Assembly: GCA_001782035.1 (NCBI GenBank)
Contig: MFNL01000001.1
Location: 84,078 to 148,077 of the forward strand
DNA: 64,000 bases
DNA from: Candidatus Levybacteria bacterium RIFCSPHIGHO2_01_FULL_37_17
Lineage (GTDB): Bacteria > Patescibacteriota > Microgenomatia > Levybacterales > UBA12049
Direction of reading: 5' to 3'
Position numbers and translations under genes: made by a program. This document shows positions 9,345-19,968 of the stretch, piece after piece. The notes under the pieces are model-generated. The model searched no databases. It saw only the letters and a program-made list of their open reading frames with translations, and had not been told where the DNA came from. Within the stretch, counting starts at the first letter, position 1. Every line of letters starts with the position of its first letter.

Positions 9345-10090
9345 GCTTCTTGAGGTTTTTCTTCTGGTTTTTTCTCTTCCTCAGCGCTCTTTTCTTCAGT
9401 CGAAGTTTGTTCTTCGGTTGCAGATTCGCCTTCAGTCCCTGCGCCTTCCGCAGCCTCTCCCGTGGCCTCACCGGCTTCAGCTTTAGCAGCCTCAGCAGCA
9501 GCAGCTTCCTCAGCTGCTTGTTCAAGTGCCTCTTTAGATACCAATTCTTCTATTTTTGCAACGACCTGGTTTAGATCTGATAAGATGGTAACTCCTTGAG
9601 GAACTTTTAGGTCAGATACTGCAATTTGGTCATCAATTTGTGCCAAATGCTCCACATTAACCTCAATTTTTTCAGGCAATTCGGTGGGCAAAGCTTCCAC
9701 CTCAACTTCGTTGGTAATTTCCATTAGAATACCCGTCTTTTCGGTTACAGCTTTTGGTTCCCCAACGAATTCAAGCGGAACATTTGCTTTAACTTTTTCT
9801 TTGAGGTTTACTTGGAAAAAATCTGCGTGCAAAACATTTCCCCTGAAGTCTTTATAAACATTTTGAATTAAAACGGGTATTGTTTTTGAGCCTAATTCTA
9901 AATCAACGAGCGTAGTTTCACCGCTTTCTTTGTACACGTCCATAAAATTTTTTGTCGGAAGCTGAACTGCGGTTGATTTAACTTCTTTTCCATAGACATT
10001 ACCCGGGGTTATTCCATCTCTTCTTAATTTCTTAACTTTTTTGCCTAAAACTTTTCGTTCTTCGACTTTTAATTTAGGGTGCGTAGCCAT
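9341..10090 (-). CDS. rplY: 50S ribosomal protein L25 / general stress protein Ctc, with an acidic Glu/Ala-rich C-terminal tail
   Basis: MATHPKLKVEERKVLGKKVKKLRRDGITPGNVYG is a classic L25 N-terminus. The C-terminus is a low-complexity E/A/K tail. The start is placed at the ATG 10090..10088 rather than the upstream track start. Confidence 0.75.
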   Translation of the reverse strand: MATHPKLKVEERKVLGKKVKKLRRDGITPGNVYGKEVKSTAVQLPTKNFMDVYKESGETTLVDLELGSKTIPVLIQNVYKDFRGNVLHADFFQVNLKEKVKANVPLEFVGEPKAVTEKTGILMEITNEVEVEALPTELPEKIEVNVEHLAQIDDQIAVSDLKVPQGVTILSDLNQVVAKIEELVSKEALEQAAEEAAAAEAAKAEAGEATGEAAEGAGTEGESATEEQTSTEEKSAEEEKKPEEKPQEA

Positions 10091-10151
10091 AATCGTTATT
10101 TTACCTGAAAGCGCTAGGTATGGCAAGTAGAGCGCGTGCTATAATTGAGGC

Positions 10152-10640
10152 GTGAGAATACTAGGGATTGATCCCGGATTTGGAAGATGCGGATGGGCAA
10201 TTCTCGAAATTGCTGGTTCTAAGGCGGAAGCTATAGATTATGGTTGTATCGAAACAGGTTTAAAACTTGCTCCTGAAAAAAGACTAGAGCGGGTTTACGC
10301 CGAAATTTCAAGAATTATTAAAAAATATAAGCCCGAAGTTTTGGCTATCGAAGAACTATTTTTTGGTACAAACACAAAAACCGCACTCGCTGTAGGACAA
10401 GCCCGAGGAGTTGTTCTGCTTGCAGCATCGCAGTACAGTTTAGAAACAAGCGTATATAATCCTTTGCAGGTTAAAATTGCCCTAACAGGGTATGGAAAAG
10501 CGGAAAAAGCACAAGTTGGCCAAATGGTAAAAATATTGCTCAAACTAAAAGAAATGCCAAAACTGGATGATACAACAGATGCATTGGCAGTAGCCCTAAC
10601 TCATGCTTCAAGCTCAAAAATCAATAAGTTGTCTAGGTAG
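10152..10640 (+). CDS. ruvC: Holliday junction resolvase RuvC (GTG start)
   Basis: MRILGIDPGFGRCGWAILE. A TATAAT box lies 6 nt upstream of the start. Confidence 0.85.
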   Translation: MRILGIDPGFGRCGWAILEIAGSKAEAIDYGCIETGLKLAPEKRLERVYAEISRIIKKYKPEVLAIEELFFGTNTKTALAVGQARGVVLLAASQYSLETSVYNPLQVKIALTGYGKAEKAQVGQMVKILLKLKEMPKLDDTTDALAVALTHASSSKINKLSR

Positions 10641-10663
10641 CTTATGCTATAATCAGCTAAATT

Positions 10664-11236
10664 ATGATCGGTTTTTTAAATGGTAAAATTGACCTGCTAC
10701 AAAGGCCAAACGTAATTATCGATGTTAACGGAGTAGGTTACAAAGTTTTAGTTTCGGAAAACGTTTATAAAAACTTAACAGTTGGGCAGAAAATCAAGAT
10801 TTTTACCTACACCTATGTTAGGGATGATGCATTAGAGCTTTTCGGCTTTTTAGAAATTGACGATTTAAAGCTTTTTGAGAGTCTCTTAACAGTTTCTGGG
10901 ATTGGGCCTCGCACTGCACTAAATATATTCTCTTTCGGAGAAAGGCAAAATATAATTGAGGCTATTGTTAAAGGAGACTCATTATTTTTTACTTCGGTTC
11001 CAAGGCTTGGTACGAAAAATGCACAGAGAATAATAATAGAGCTTAAAAACAAAATGGGCGGAGACGGCCTGGTTGATTTATCAGGCAAAGATTTAATTGA
11101 GAATACAGAAGCTATCGAGGCTCTAAAAAACTTTGGATTCTCAGTGGTGGAAGCTCAAAAAGCATTAAGAAACTTAGAATCAGGTCTTTCGACTGAGGAA
11201 AAAATAAAACAAGCGCTTAAATCTCTTGGTAGATAA
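10664..11236 (+). CDS. ruvA: Holliday junction branch migration protein RuvA
   Basis: 190 aa with an OB domain followed by an HhH domain; between ruvC and ruvB. Confidence 0.8.
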   Translation: MIGFLNGKIDLLQRPNVIIDVNGVGYKVLVSENVYKNLTVGQKIKIFTYTYVRDDALELFGFLEIDDLKLFESLLTVSGIGPRTALNIFSFGERQNIIEAIVKGDSLFFTSVPRLGTKNAQRIIIELKNKMGGDGLVDLSGKDLIENTEAIEALKNFGFSVVEAQKALRNLESGLSTEEKIKQALKSLGR

Positions 11237-11238
11237 AA

Positions 11239-12267
11239 ATGACAAAAGATAAAAAATCAAATTTGGAAAAAGAAACGCCTGAGGAAGAGGTTCTTTTTAC
11301 ATCTCTTCGAGCTTCCGCATGGCCTGAATTTTACGGCCAGAAAAACGTAAAACAAGCCCTTAATATTGCAATTTCTGCAGCAAAAAAAAGAAAAGAGCCA
11401 ATTGAGCATATTCTTTTATACGGGCCGCCCGGCCTTGGAAAAACTACATTATCGCACTTAATTGCAAAAGAAATGAATGTTAACATAAGGGTTACATCAG
11501 GCCCAGCAATTGAGCGGGCAGGTGATTTAGCCTCGATTCTTACGAATTTAGAAAAAGGTGATATTTTGTTCATCGATGAGGTTCATCGCCTTAATAAAAT
11601 TGTGGAGGAAACTCTTTACCCGGCAATGGAAGACTATGCGCTGGATATAATAATAGGTAAAGGACCTTCTGCAAGAACCCTGCGGCTTGATCTACCGCAA
11701 TTTACGATTATTGGCGCTACAACTCGAATTGGGCTTATGTCAGCCCCGCTGCGTGACAGATTCGGCGTAATCCACAGGCTGGCATTTTATGAGCCGGATG
11801 AGCTTTCGGAAATAATAAGAAAAGGAGCGATAAAGCTTAAAACAAAAGTAGATAAAGACTCAATTGCAGAAATTGCAACCAGAGCAAGGGGTACCCCAAG
11901 AATTGCCCTTAAATTACTCAAAAGAGTACGGGATTACGCACAAGTACATGGAACAGGTGAAATAGTAAAAGGCTTGACTGATAAAGCTTTAGAGATGCTT
12001 AACGTTGACTCTGTGGGGCTAGATAACAATGACGTAAGATATCTGAAATCAATTATTGAAAAACACGGTGGAGGACCTGTTGGAGTTGAAACTATAGCCT
12101 CCACAATAAGCGAAGATATAGGAACGATCGAGGAAGTAATAGAGCCCTATTTACTCCAAGTTGGATTTCTTAAAAAAACAGCACGAGGTAGAACAGCAAC
12201 ACTTGCAGCCTACAAACATTTGGGAATTGAGCTTCCCAAGGGCTTAAAACAGGGAAAACTCCTCTGA
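11239..12267 (+). CDS. ruvB: Holliday junction branch migration ATPase RuvB
   Basis: Walker [11 protein letters not shown], sensor motifs, 342 aa. Confidence 0.9.
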   Translation: MTKDKKSNLEKETPEEEVLFTSLRASAWPEFYGQKNVKQALNIAISAAKKRKEPIEHILLYGPPGLGKTTLSHLIAKEMNVNIRVTSGPAIERAGDLASILTNLEKGDILFIDEVHRLNKIVEETLYPAMEDYALDIIIGKGPSARTLRLDLPQFTIIGATTRIGLMSAPLRDRFGVIHRLAFYEPDELSEIIRKGAIKLKTKVDKDSIAEIATRARGTPRIALKLLKRVRDYAQVHGTGEIVKGLTDKALEMLNVDSVGLDNNDVRYLKSIIEKHGGGPVGVETIASTISEDIGTIEEVIEPYLLQVGFLKKTARGRTATLAAYKHLGIELPKGLKQGKLL

Positions 12268-12305
12268 CTTGACAAAGGGTAAGCCTGCTGGTAGTATTCA
12301 CCTCT

Positions 12306-12692
12306 GTGTCTAGATTAGAAACCACCCTCGGAATTTTTGAAGCTCACATGCGCCGCGATCATATTGATATCGAAAGAAACGGCCATATTATTGCAATTTA
12401 CCCAAGAGCCGGAATAATAGAAAACTTAAAAGAACGAAGACGAGTTGCAGAATTCATTTCAAATACTGCAAGTGCTCTAAAAACTCCCGCTTCCTTAGCA
12501 TTGGGAACATACGAGGTAAGCATGGGAATAATGAGAGGCGAAAAAATAAGAATTATCAAAGGAGTTGCTCTGGCTGCAATTTTAGGAGCTGCATTAGGAC
12601 AAGCTGAAGTAATTTTCGAAAAAGACGCAGACAAAGTTGGAATTCACCAAGAGGTAATCGAAGAAGCCGCTCAAATTACTTCCTCTTTCTAA
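12306..12692 (+). CDS. hypothetical protein (GTG start)
   Basis: 128 aa. A TTGACA-N17-TAGTAT promoter-like element ends 8 nt upstream of the start. No recognisable domain. Confidence 0.4.
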   Translation: MSRLETTLGIFEAHMRRDHIDIERNGHIIAIYPRAGIIENLKERRRVAEFISNTASALKTPASLALGTYEVSMGIMRGEKIRIIKGVALAAILGAALGQAEVIFEKDADKVGIHQEVIEEAAQITSSF

Positions 12693-12879
12693 ATTTTCTA
12701 CCCTTGAATATTGGCTTATCTTCTGGCAAATTGAACTCTCCATTTATTGCTCTTTGCCTTTCAAGAGGCGTTGCGTCTCTTCTTCCAAACGCGTCAGGTT
12801 CTGGGCGAGGATTGAATGAAGAGCCATAGTAGCTAGTGTTTCTTGAATGAATTCTTAGTAACGTCTCAAGCGATGCCAC
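12676..12879 (-). CDS. small hydrophilic protein with a basic C-terminus (GTG start)
   Basis: 67 aa. TTGACA-N18-TAAATT lies 6 nt upstream of the GTG. No homology recognised. Confidence 0.3.
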   Translation of the reverse strand: MASLETLLRIHSRNTSYYGSSFNPRPEPDAFGRRDATPLERQRAINGEFNLPEDKPIFKGRKFRKRK

Positions 12880-12915
12880 TAATTAAATTTAGACTAAAAA
12901 TAAAACGATTGTCAA

Positions 12916-15273
12916 CTACTCAAGGCCTAAATAAAAGAATTTTTGAAACGGGGATAAGGTTATTAACAGCTGAAGGCATATTGTTACAATTACCGAGGCG
13001 ATAAGTATTTTGTTCATTTTAAAGATTGAGCGTCCCCTGACAATAAATGCAAGAGCCATATGGGAAAAAACTAAAACATTAAAAACAATTGTTCTCGCAA
13101 AAATCTCACTATTGCCCTCAAGTAATTTGGAAAAAAGAAGCAAAAGGGCACCTGCTATCACAAACCCAAAGGTTAATATAAAACCTATCCTTTTTGGAGT
13201 AAGAATATTTTGTCTTATATCTCTTGGCTTTTCTTTTAAAATACTTGAGCTTCTGTTATCACTTGCCAAGGCAAGCGCAGGCAACCCGTCTGTTACCAGG
13301 TTAACCCAAAGGATTTGAGTCGGTAAAAGCGGATCGGGTAACTTGAGAAGTGCTGCAAAAAATATTAAAGATATCTCAGATAAATTTCCGGACAGAAGAT
13401 ATGTAATAGATTTAACTATGTTTGCATAAATTGTTCTTCCCTCAAGCACTGCTTTAATAAGAGTTGAATAATTATCGTCTGACAAAACAATGTCCGATGC
13501 TTCTTTTGCTACATCAGTACCTGTTTTACCCATTGCAATTCCAACGTCTGCTTTTTTTAAGGCGAGGGAATCATTGACCCCGTCTCCTGTAACTCCAACA
13601 ACAAAACCTAACTTCTTGTAAATAGTTGCAAGGCGTAGTTTGTCTTCCGGTTTTGTTCTGGCAAATACGCTGGTATTTAAAATTATCTTTTCAAGATCTT
13701 CATCGCTTAACTTATCAAGCTCCTCACCTGTAATTACGTTTTCATCTTTTTCTATCAAGCCTATCTCTTTTGCAATGGTTAACGCAGTTAATTCGTTGTC
13801 GCCTGTTACCATCACGGTTTTTATTCCGGCTTCTTTAGCACTTTTTATAGCCTCAATTGCCTCAACTCTAGGCGGATCATAAATTCCTGTAAATCCTAAA
13901 AATTCAATATTTTCTTCCAGCGCTTTCCTGTCTTTGATATTTTCATTTACGATTCTTTTATAACCTAGTCCTATTACCCTAAAGCCTTTTTTTGCAAATG
14001 CCTCGAACCTTTTTGTTATTTTATCCTTCTCTGCCTTGCTTAAACTGCTTAGCTCTAGCAAATTTTCCGGAGCCCCTCTTACAAATACATATTTTTCATG
14101 CCCTTCTTCCCAAATAGTTGTTATAAGTTTAGTTTCGGGGTCAAATAAAAACTCATCTATAACTTTTCCGTCCTGGGTGAGCGATTTGTCTTTTGCAAAT
14201 TCCTTTGCCCATAGAAGTAAAGAGCCGTCTGTTTTGTCCCCAATTGCTTCAAAATTATTAGAATCTGCCTTTTGCACCAAGGAAGCCGTATTGCCTATAA
14301 CGCAGGCTTTAAATAGCAATTCACTATTTTCCTTACTCGCAATCCAAAAGTCCTTAACAACCATTTTGTTTTGAGTAAGCGTCCCTGTTTTATCAGATAA
14401 AATAATTTGTACCGCTCCTAGTGTTTCAACCGAGGACATTTTTCGAACAACTGCGTTTCGCCTTGCCATCCGTGTTGTTCCTATTGCAAGCGCAATTGTA
14501 ATTACGGCAGGAAGACCTTCGGGAATTACTGCAACAGCAGCGCTTATGGAAAGAAGGATTAAGTCAAATAAGTTTCTTCCCTGCGATATTCCTATAGGAA
14601 CTAATGAAAAGGAAACTACAATTGCAAGTAACGATATTATTTTTCCAAGCTTGGACAGGTCTTTTTGCAGAGGGGTAGGCGATGTCTCAATATTTACCAA
14701 ACTTTTAGCAATTTGCCCAAATTTTGTGCTGTCCCCGGTTTTTTCTACCAAAAAATGACCTCTTCCTTTAGACACAATTGTTCCTGCAAAAACCTCCTCG
14801 CCCTCATTTTTAATTACAGGCAAAGACTCGCCGCTTAACGCAGATTCATCAATTTCAAGGTGTATATTAAAAAGAAGCTTTCCGTCAGCTGGAATATTTT
14901 CGCCCTCATTTAAAATAACAACATCTCCGGGTACAATTTGCGCAGTTTCTATTTCCTTTTCTTTCCCGTCTCTTATTACTATTGCTTTATCTTTAATGTA
15001 AGCCTTTAGTTTTTCCAACGACTTTTCAGCATTAAATTCCTGCCAAAAGCCAAAAAGTCCGCTAAGCAGCAAGATTGCCAAAATAAAACTTGCATCAATA
15101 AAATTCCCAATTAAAAAGGAAAAAAGAGCTCCGGCAAAGAGTATTCCGTTTAAAAGGGTAGTAAACTGGGAAATAAAAACAGAAGCTATGCTATAGCGCC
15201 TTTTTACATTAATCTCATTTCTTCCGTGTTTTTCAAGAAGCGCTTGAGCTTGGCTTGTGGACAGTCCTTGCAT
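12916..15273 (-). CDS. cation-transporting P-type ATPase (type IIA/IIB-like, Ca2+/Mg2+ type)
   Basis: DKTGTLT phosphorylation motif, TGDGVNDSLALKKADVGIAMG hinge, 785 aa with N- and C-terminal TM bundles. Confidence 0.85.
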   Translation of the reverse strand: MQGLSTSQAQALLEKHGRNEINVKRRYSIASVFISQFTTLLNGILFAGALFSFLIGNFIDASFILAILLLSGLFGFWQEFNAEKSLEKLKAYIKDKAIVIRDGKEKEIETAQIVPGDVVILNEGENIPADGKLLFNIHLEIDESALSGESLPVIKNEGEEVFAGTIVSKGRGHFLVEKTGDSTKFGQIAKSLVNIETSPTPLQKDLSKLGKIISLLAIVVSFSLVPIGISQGRNLFDLILLSISAAVAVIPEGLPAVITIALAIGTTRMARRNAVVRKMSSVETLGAVQIILSDKTGTLTQNKMVVKDFWIASKENSELLFKACVIGNTASLVQKADSNNFEAIGDKTDGSLLLWAKEFAKDKSLTQDGKVIDEFLFDPETKLITTIWEEGHEKYVFVRGAPENLLELSSLSKAEKDKITKRFEAFAKKGFRVIGLGYKRIVNENIKDRKALEENIEFLGFTGIYDPPRVEAIEAIKSAKEAGIKTVMVTGDNELTALTIAKEIGLIEKDENVITGEELDKLSDEDLEKIILNTSVFARTKPEDKLRLATIYKKLGFVVGVTGDGVNDSLALKKADVGIAMGKTGTDVAKEASDIVLSDDNYSTLIKAVLEGRTIYANIVKSITYLLSGNLSEISLIFFAALLKLPDPLLPTQILWVNLVTDGLPALALASDNRSSSILKEKPRDIRQNILTPKRIGFILTFGFVIAGALLLLFSKLLEGNSEIFARTIVFNVLVFSHMALAFIVRGRSIFKMNKILIASVIVTICLQLLITLSPFQKFFYLGLE

Positions 15274-15292
15274 TATTTTATTCTACAGGAAT

Positions 15293-16825
15293 TCAGTATG
15301 CGGAATCTACCTGCGGACGGAATTGTAGGGCCTCGGCGATGTGTTGTATTTTAATATCAATTGAGCCTTCCAAGTCTGCAATAGTTCGGGCAAGTTTAAT
15401 TATCCTTTGGTAAGATCTTGCCGAAAGCTGCATTTTGGATACAGCCATTTTTAAAAGCTCAATACAGTCATCGGACAGCACGCAGTATTTTTTGATATCC
15501 TTGTTTAACATCTCAGCATTTGAGGAAATTTTTGTTGTCTTAAATCGTTTTGTCTGCAAATCCCTTGCTTTTTGAACCCTGTTTCTAATAGCTGTGGACG
15601 TCTCGTTATTTATTTTTTGAGAGGATGTTAACTTTTCAACTTTTACAGCGGGAACATCCAAATGAATATCTATCCTATCAAGCATCGGACCCGAAACTTT
15701 TTTTTGATACCGAATAATTTGTGCTGGCGCACAGCTGCAGTTGTGAGTTTTGTCGCCAAAATATCCGCAAGGGCAGGGATTTTGAGCCGCAAATAGCAAG
15801 AATTTGGAAGGAAACGTAAGTCTTTTACTTGCCCTTGAGATTGTCACAAAGCCGTCTTCCAAGGGCTGTCTTAGGGCTTCTAAAACGTGTCTTGGAAATT
15901 CTGGGAATTCATCCAAAAACAAAACTCCCCTATGCGCAAGTGAAACTTCGCCGGGTTTAGGGTTAGCGCTTCCTCCTATAAGTCCTATATGTGAAGTTGT
16001 GTGATGCGGGCTTCTAAATGGCCGCTTGGTTATTATAGGAGTTCCATCTAAAAGTCCGGAAATGCTATAAATTTTAGTAACCTCTAAAGCCTCATCTAGT
16101 GTCAATTTTGGCAAAATTGAGGGAAGAGTTCTCGCAAGAAGCGTTTTTCCAGCTCCCGGAGGCCCTTTTAAAATAATATTGTGTCCACCCGCAGCAGCAA
16201 TTTCCAATGCCCTTTTTGCCTGTTCTTGTCCGGCAACCTCACTCATATCAAAATCGAAACTTAACTTATTTTCAAATTTGTCTAAGCGTATGTATTTAGC
16301 GGGAACAATTTTTTCCTCATTTGTAATGTGTTTAACCAAAGAGAGCAAAGATTCAACGGGATAAACCTCGATACCATTAACAATTGCAGCTTCTTGGGAG
16401 TTAATTTTAGGCAAGAATATCTTATTTATTTTTCTCTCCTTCGCCATCAATACTTGGGGTAAAACTCCATTTGTGTATCTTAATTTTCCATCTAATGATA
16501 GCTCGCCAGTGAAGAATAAGTTCTCAATATTTGCTTCAATTTGCCCATCTGCAATAAGAAGACCCATTGCAATAGGCAAATCATATGAGGAACCTTCTTT
16601 GGGTAAATCAGCGGGAGCCAAATTAACAGTTATTCTTTTAGCGGGAAAATCAAACCCGGAGTTTTTAACAGCAGATCTTACCCTTTCTTTTGCTTCCTCA
16701 ACTGCCTTATCCGGAAGTCCAACTATAGTAAAAGAGGGAAGTCCCTGCGCTTGAATATCGACCTCTATTTCTATTGGAATGGCATCCAAGCCTAAAACCG
16801 CTGCAGATGTAACCTTTGCGATCAT
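15293..16825 (-). CDS. comM: YifB/ComM family Mg-chelatase-like AAA+ ATPase
   Basis: MIAKVTSAAVLGLDAIPIEIEVD N-terminus, GPPGAGKT Walker A, C-terminal Mg-chelatase ChlI-like region. Confidence 0.8.
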   Translation of the reverse strand: MIAKVTSAAVLGLDAIPIEIEVDIQAQGLPSFTIVGLPDKAVEEAKERVRSAVKNSGFDFPAKRITVNLAPADLPKEGSSYDLPIAMGLLIADGQIEANIENLFFTGELSLDGKLRYTNGVLPQVLMAKERKINKIFLPKINSQEAAIVNGIEVYPVESLLSLVKHITNEEKIVPAKYIRLDKFENKLSFDFDMSEVAGQEQAKRALEIAAAGGHNIILKGPPGAGKTLLARTLPSILPKLTLDEALEVTKIYSISGLLDGTPIITKRPFRSPHHTTSHIGLIGGSANPKPGEVSLAHRGVLFLDEFPEFPRHVLEALRQPLEDGFVTISRASKRLTFPSKFLLFAAQNPCPCGYFGDKTHNCSCAPAQIIRYQKKVSGPMLDRIDIHLDVPAVKVEKLTSSQKINNETSTAIRNRVQKARDLQTKRFKTTKISSNAEMLNKDIKKYCVLSDDCIELLKMAVSKMQLSARSYQRIIKLARTIADLEGSIDIKIQHIAEALQFRPQVDSAY

Positions 16826-16856
16826 AAGCTTAGACTAACAAAAAAGAATAAAGTGT

Positions 16857-18128
16857 TCAAATTTCAACAATGTTTTCTGTTTCGGCGCCGGTTGAAATAT
16901 AGGAAATTTTAACGCCAACAAGTTTTTCAATTTCTCTTAAATAACTCTTTGCATTTTTCGGAAGGTCCTTATATTTTTTAATCCCATTTGTTTTTGCTCG
17001 CCATCCGGGAAGAGTTTTATAGACGGGCTTAAGCTTTGAAAGCGTTTCTGTGCTTAAATCAAAGTATCTAATTTTAGACCCATTTAATAGGTAATGAGTA
17101 CAAACTTTGATCTCTTTAAAACTATCCAAAATATCCATCTTTGTAATTGCTAAATCAGTAAAACCATTTATTTTTGCAGCAAATTTTGCCATTTCTGCAT
17201 CAAACCATCCGCAACGCCTTGGCCTTCCTGTGGTTGACCCAAACTCATTTCCTAAGTTTCTTAAATCAGCGCCATCCTTACCCGTGAGCTCTGTGGGGAA
17301 CGGGCCAAACCCAACTCTTGTTATATAAGCTTTTGCAACACCAATAATCTTATTGATTTTTTGAGGTGCAATTCCTAATCCTGCTACAGCATTTCCAGAC
17401 AAAATTGACGAAGCTGTAACAAACGGATAAGTTCCCCAATCGTTATCCAAGAATACTCCATGCGCGCCTTCTAGTAAAATTTCTTCTTTTGAATCTAAAG
17501 CTTTATTTACGATCGCAAAAGGTTCTTTTACATACTTTTCAATTTTTTTGAATAATTTGAGCTGAATTTTTAAAATTTCATTAAGATCCAATTCTTTTTC
17601 TCCGAAAGCCTTAATTATTTTATTCTTTATAAAAAGCTGAGTTTGAAATTTGTCTTCCAAGATTTTTTTGTCCAAAAAATCAAAGACCCTTATTCCGTTA
17701 TAAGTGACTTTATCTGCATAAGTTGGGCTAATGCCTCGTCCTGTTGTCCAAGTTTTATTTTTTCCTTTGGCTTCTTCATAAATCTTCTCAAGAATTTTAT
17801 GATACGGAAGAATAATATTGCACCGTGGAGAAATAAAAAGTCGGTTGTCTAATTTTAATCCCGCTTTTTCAAGCATCTGAATTTCTGATACTAAAACTTC
17901 TAAGTCTAAAACTACGCCAGGACCAATTAAAGAGATTGATTTCTTGTTGAAAATTCCTGAAGGAATAAGGTGCATTGCGAATTTTCCGTATTTATTTACG
18001 ACTGTATGCCCTGCATTATTTCCTCCATGGAACCTTGCCACAAGATGGACTTTTGAGGATAAGTGGTCAATAATTTTACCTTTTCCTTCGTCTCCCCATT
18101 GGGCACCGATAATAACTGTTGCTCCCAC
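16857..18128 (-). CDS. purA: adenylosuccinate synthetase
   Basis: GAQWGDEGKGKIIDHL P-loop and GGNNAGHTVV motifs; 423 aa. Confidence 0.9.
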   Translation of the reverse strand: MGATVIIGAQWGDEGKGKIIDHLSSKVHLVARFHGGNNAGHTVVNKYGKFAMHLIPSGIFNKKSISLIGPGVVLDLEVLVSEIQMLEKAGLKLDNRLFISPRCNIILPYHKILEKIYEEAKGKNKTWTTGRGISPTYADKVTYNGIRVFDFLDKKILEDKFQTQLFIKNKIIKAFGEKELDLNEILKIQLKLFKKIEKYVKEPFAIVNKALDSKEEILLEGAHGVFLDNDWGTYPFVTASSILSGNAVAGLGIAPQKINKIIGVAKAYITRVGFGPFPTELTGKDGADLRNLGNEFGSTTGRPRRCGWFDAEMAKFAAKINGFTDLAITKMDILDSFKEIKVCTHYLLNGSKIRYFDLSTETLSKLKPVYKTLPGWRAKTNGIKKYKDLPKNAKSYLREIEKLVGVKISYISTGAETENIVEI

Positions 18129-18171
18129 GGCAGTATTTTAGCACTTTGAATTGTGCTAGAATAGAGCCCAA

Positions 18172-19932
18172 ATGGACGACGTTGCAAAAGTAAGAGAAAA
18201 GATAGATTTAGTATCTTTTATTTCGGAATTTATTACTTTAAAAAAAGCAGGGAGAAATTTTAAGGCGCTGTGTCCTTTCCACAACGAAAAAAGTCCCTCG
18301 TTTATGATATCTCCCGAGCGGCAAATTTGGCATTGTTTCGGCTGCGGAAAGGGAGGAGACGCATTCACATTTTTAATGGAGTACGAAAACATGGAATTTC
18401 CCGAAAGCTTGCGGACTTTGGCAAAAAAGGCAGGAGTTGAACTAACAGAATCAAGCTACAGAAAAGGAGTGACTAGCGAAAAAGAAAAAATCTATGAGAT
18501 AAATAAGCTCGCTCTAAAATTTTATAAATATTTGCTTTTAGAGCACAAAGCAGGAAAAGATGCTCTTGATTATCTATTAAATAAAAGAGGTTTAAAAAAA
18601 GGCACTATAGAAATTTTTGAACTTGGTTTTGCACCGACTTTGCCATCAAGCCTTTCTGACTATTTAATAAATAGAAAAAAATATAAAGCAAAAGATTTAA
18701 TCTTGGCTGGAATTTCTTTTGAAAGAGGGGGAAAAATCTTCGATTTTTTCAGAGGAAGGATTATATTTCCTCTTTACGACCACAGGGGAAATATTTTAGG
18801 CTTTTCGGCAAGAGCTTTAAATGAAGCTGATATGCCCAAATATCTTAACACCAAAGAGACTCTTATATACCACAAAGGGAGTGTCTTTTTCGGCTTAAAC
18901 TTGTCCAAGGAAGAGATAAAGCAAAAACAAAACGCAATTTTAGTCGAAGGAGAGTTTGACCTTATTTCGCTTTTCACCCACGGCATAAAAAACGTTGTTG
19001 CCATTAAAGGGACGGCTTTAACAGAAGATCAAGTGTCTCTGATTTCAAGATTTACACCCAAAGTGACATTTTGCTTTGATCAGGATGTTGCAGGATTTGA
19101 AGCGACAAAAAGAAGCCTACCAATTATTGAGCAAAAAGGTCTTACTGCAGAAATTGTTGATTTAAAGGGCTCAAAAGATCCTGACGAGGCAATCAAAAAA
19201 GATCCGATTTTATTTAAAAAGAAATTATCAGCCACCCCAAATGTATATGATTATCTTCTTAAGTTTTATACTTCTGATAATCCAACAGACACAGTCGAGG
19301 GGAAAAGGAAGATTACGGATGAAATACTTCCTATCATTTCTAAAATTTCAAACGAAATTGTAAAAGAGCACTATACTAAAAAATTAGCCGGCCAACTTGA
19401 TACATCAGTTGAGTCTATAAATAGGGAGCTTGCGAAACAAGACAGTAGTAAGACGAAGGATAGAATAATTATTCCCAAAAACGAAAGTAAAGAAAGAAGA
19501 GAGCTTCTCGAAGAATATTCACTTGCTCTAATTTTGCAAAATGAAAATACGAATCTTGCAAAAGCCGTTGAAGATGAGATAAAGAAATACAAATTTAAAA
19601 TCCCGGCTTACCAAAAAATATCAGACGCATTATTTGAATACGTATTGGATACTAAAGAGGAAAATTTCCAAAAATTTTCAACCACTTTACCAACCGAGCT
19701 TTTAAAAGCATATGACTTTTTATATTTATATCCTTTACCGAAGTTTCAAAACGAAGAAAAGCAGGCGGAGGAAATTAAAAAAGTTATTAAAGAATTACTT
19801 ACCTTGTATCTAAAAGAAAAACTTAAGGATGTTACTCTTAAGATTAGAACTACAAGCGCGCAAAAAGAGAAAGAAAATTTGCAAAAAGAATATACTCAGA
19901 TTTTGTCCCTCATAAGGGATGCGCAAGTTTAA
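18172..19932 (+). CDS. dnaG: DNA primase
   Basis: Zinc-ribbon CPFHNEKSPSFMISPERQIWHCFGCGKGGDAFTFLM followed by a TOPRIM domain; 586 aa. Confidence 0.9.
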   Translation: MDDVAKVREKIDLVSFISEFITLKKAGRNFKALCPFHNEKSPSFMISPERQIWHCFGCGKGGDAFTFLMEYENMEFPESLRTLAKKAGVELTESSYRKGVTSEKEKIYEINKLALKFYKYLLLEHKAGKDALDYLLNKRGLKKGTIEIFELGFAPTLPSSLSDYLINRKKYKAKDLILAGISFERGGKIFDFFRGRIIFPLYDHRGNILGFSARALNEADMPKYLNTKETLIYHKGSVFFGLNLSKEEIKQKQNAILVEGEFDLISLFTHGIKNVVAIKGTALTEDQVSLISRFTPKVTFCFDQDVAGFEATKRSLPIIEQKGLTAEIVDLKGSKDPDEAIKKDPILFKKKLSATPNVYDYLLKFYTSDNPTDTVEGKRKITDEILPIISKISNEIVKEHYTKKLAGQLDTSVESINRELAKQDSSKTKDRIIIPKNESKERRELLEEYSLALILQNENTNLAKAVEDEIKKYKFKIPAYQKISDALFEYVLDTKEENFQKFSTTLPTELLKAYDFLYLYPLPKFQNEEKQAEEIKKVIKELLTLYLKEKLKDVTLKIRTTSAQKEKENLQKEYTQILSLIRDAQV

Positions 19933-19968
19933 TTTGTAACGCAAAGGTGCTAAAATAGATATACTTTT

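Noticed and set aside
9350-9574. 74-aa plus-strand ORF (MRFFFWFFLFLSALFF...)
   Set aside because: It is a shadow ORF on the opposite strand of the low-complexity GAA/GCT-rich tail of rplY.
13010-14758. Several 70-112-aa plus-strand ORFs inside the P-type ATPase gene
   Set aside because: They are antisense to a high-confidence 785-aa gene with all P-type ATPase motifs, so they are shadow ORFs.
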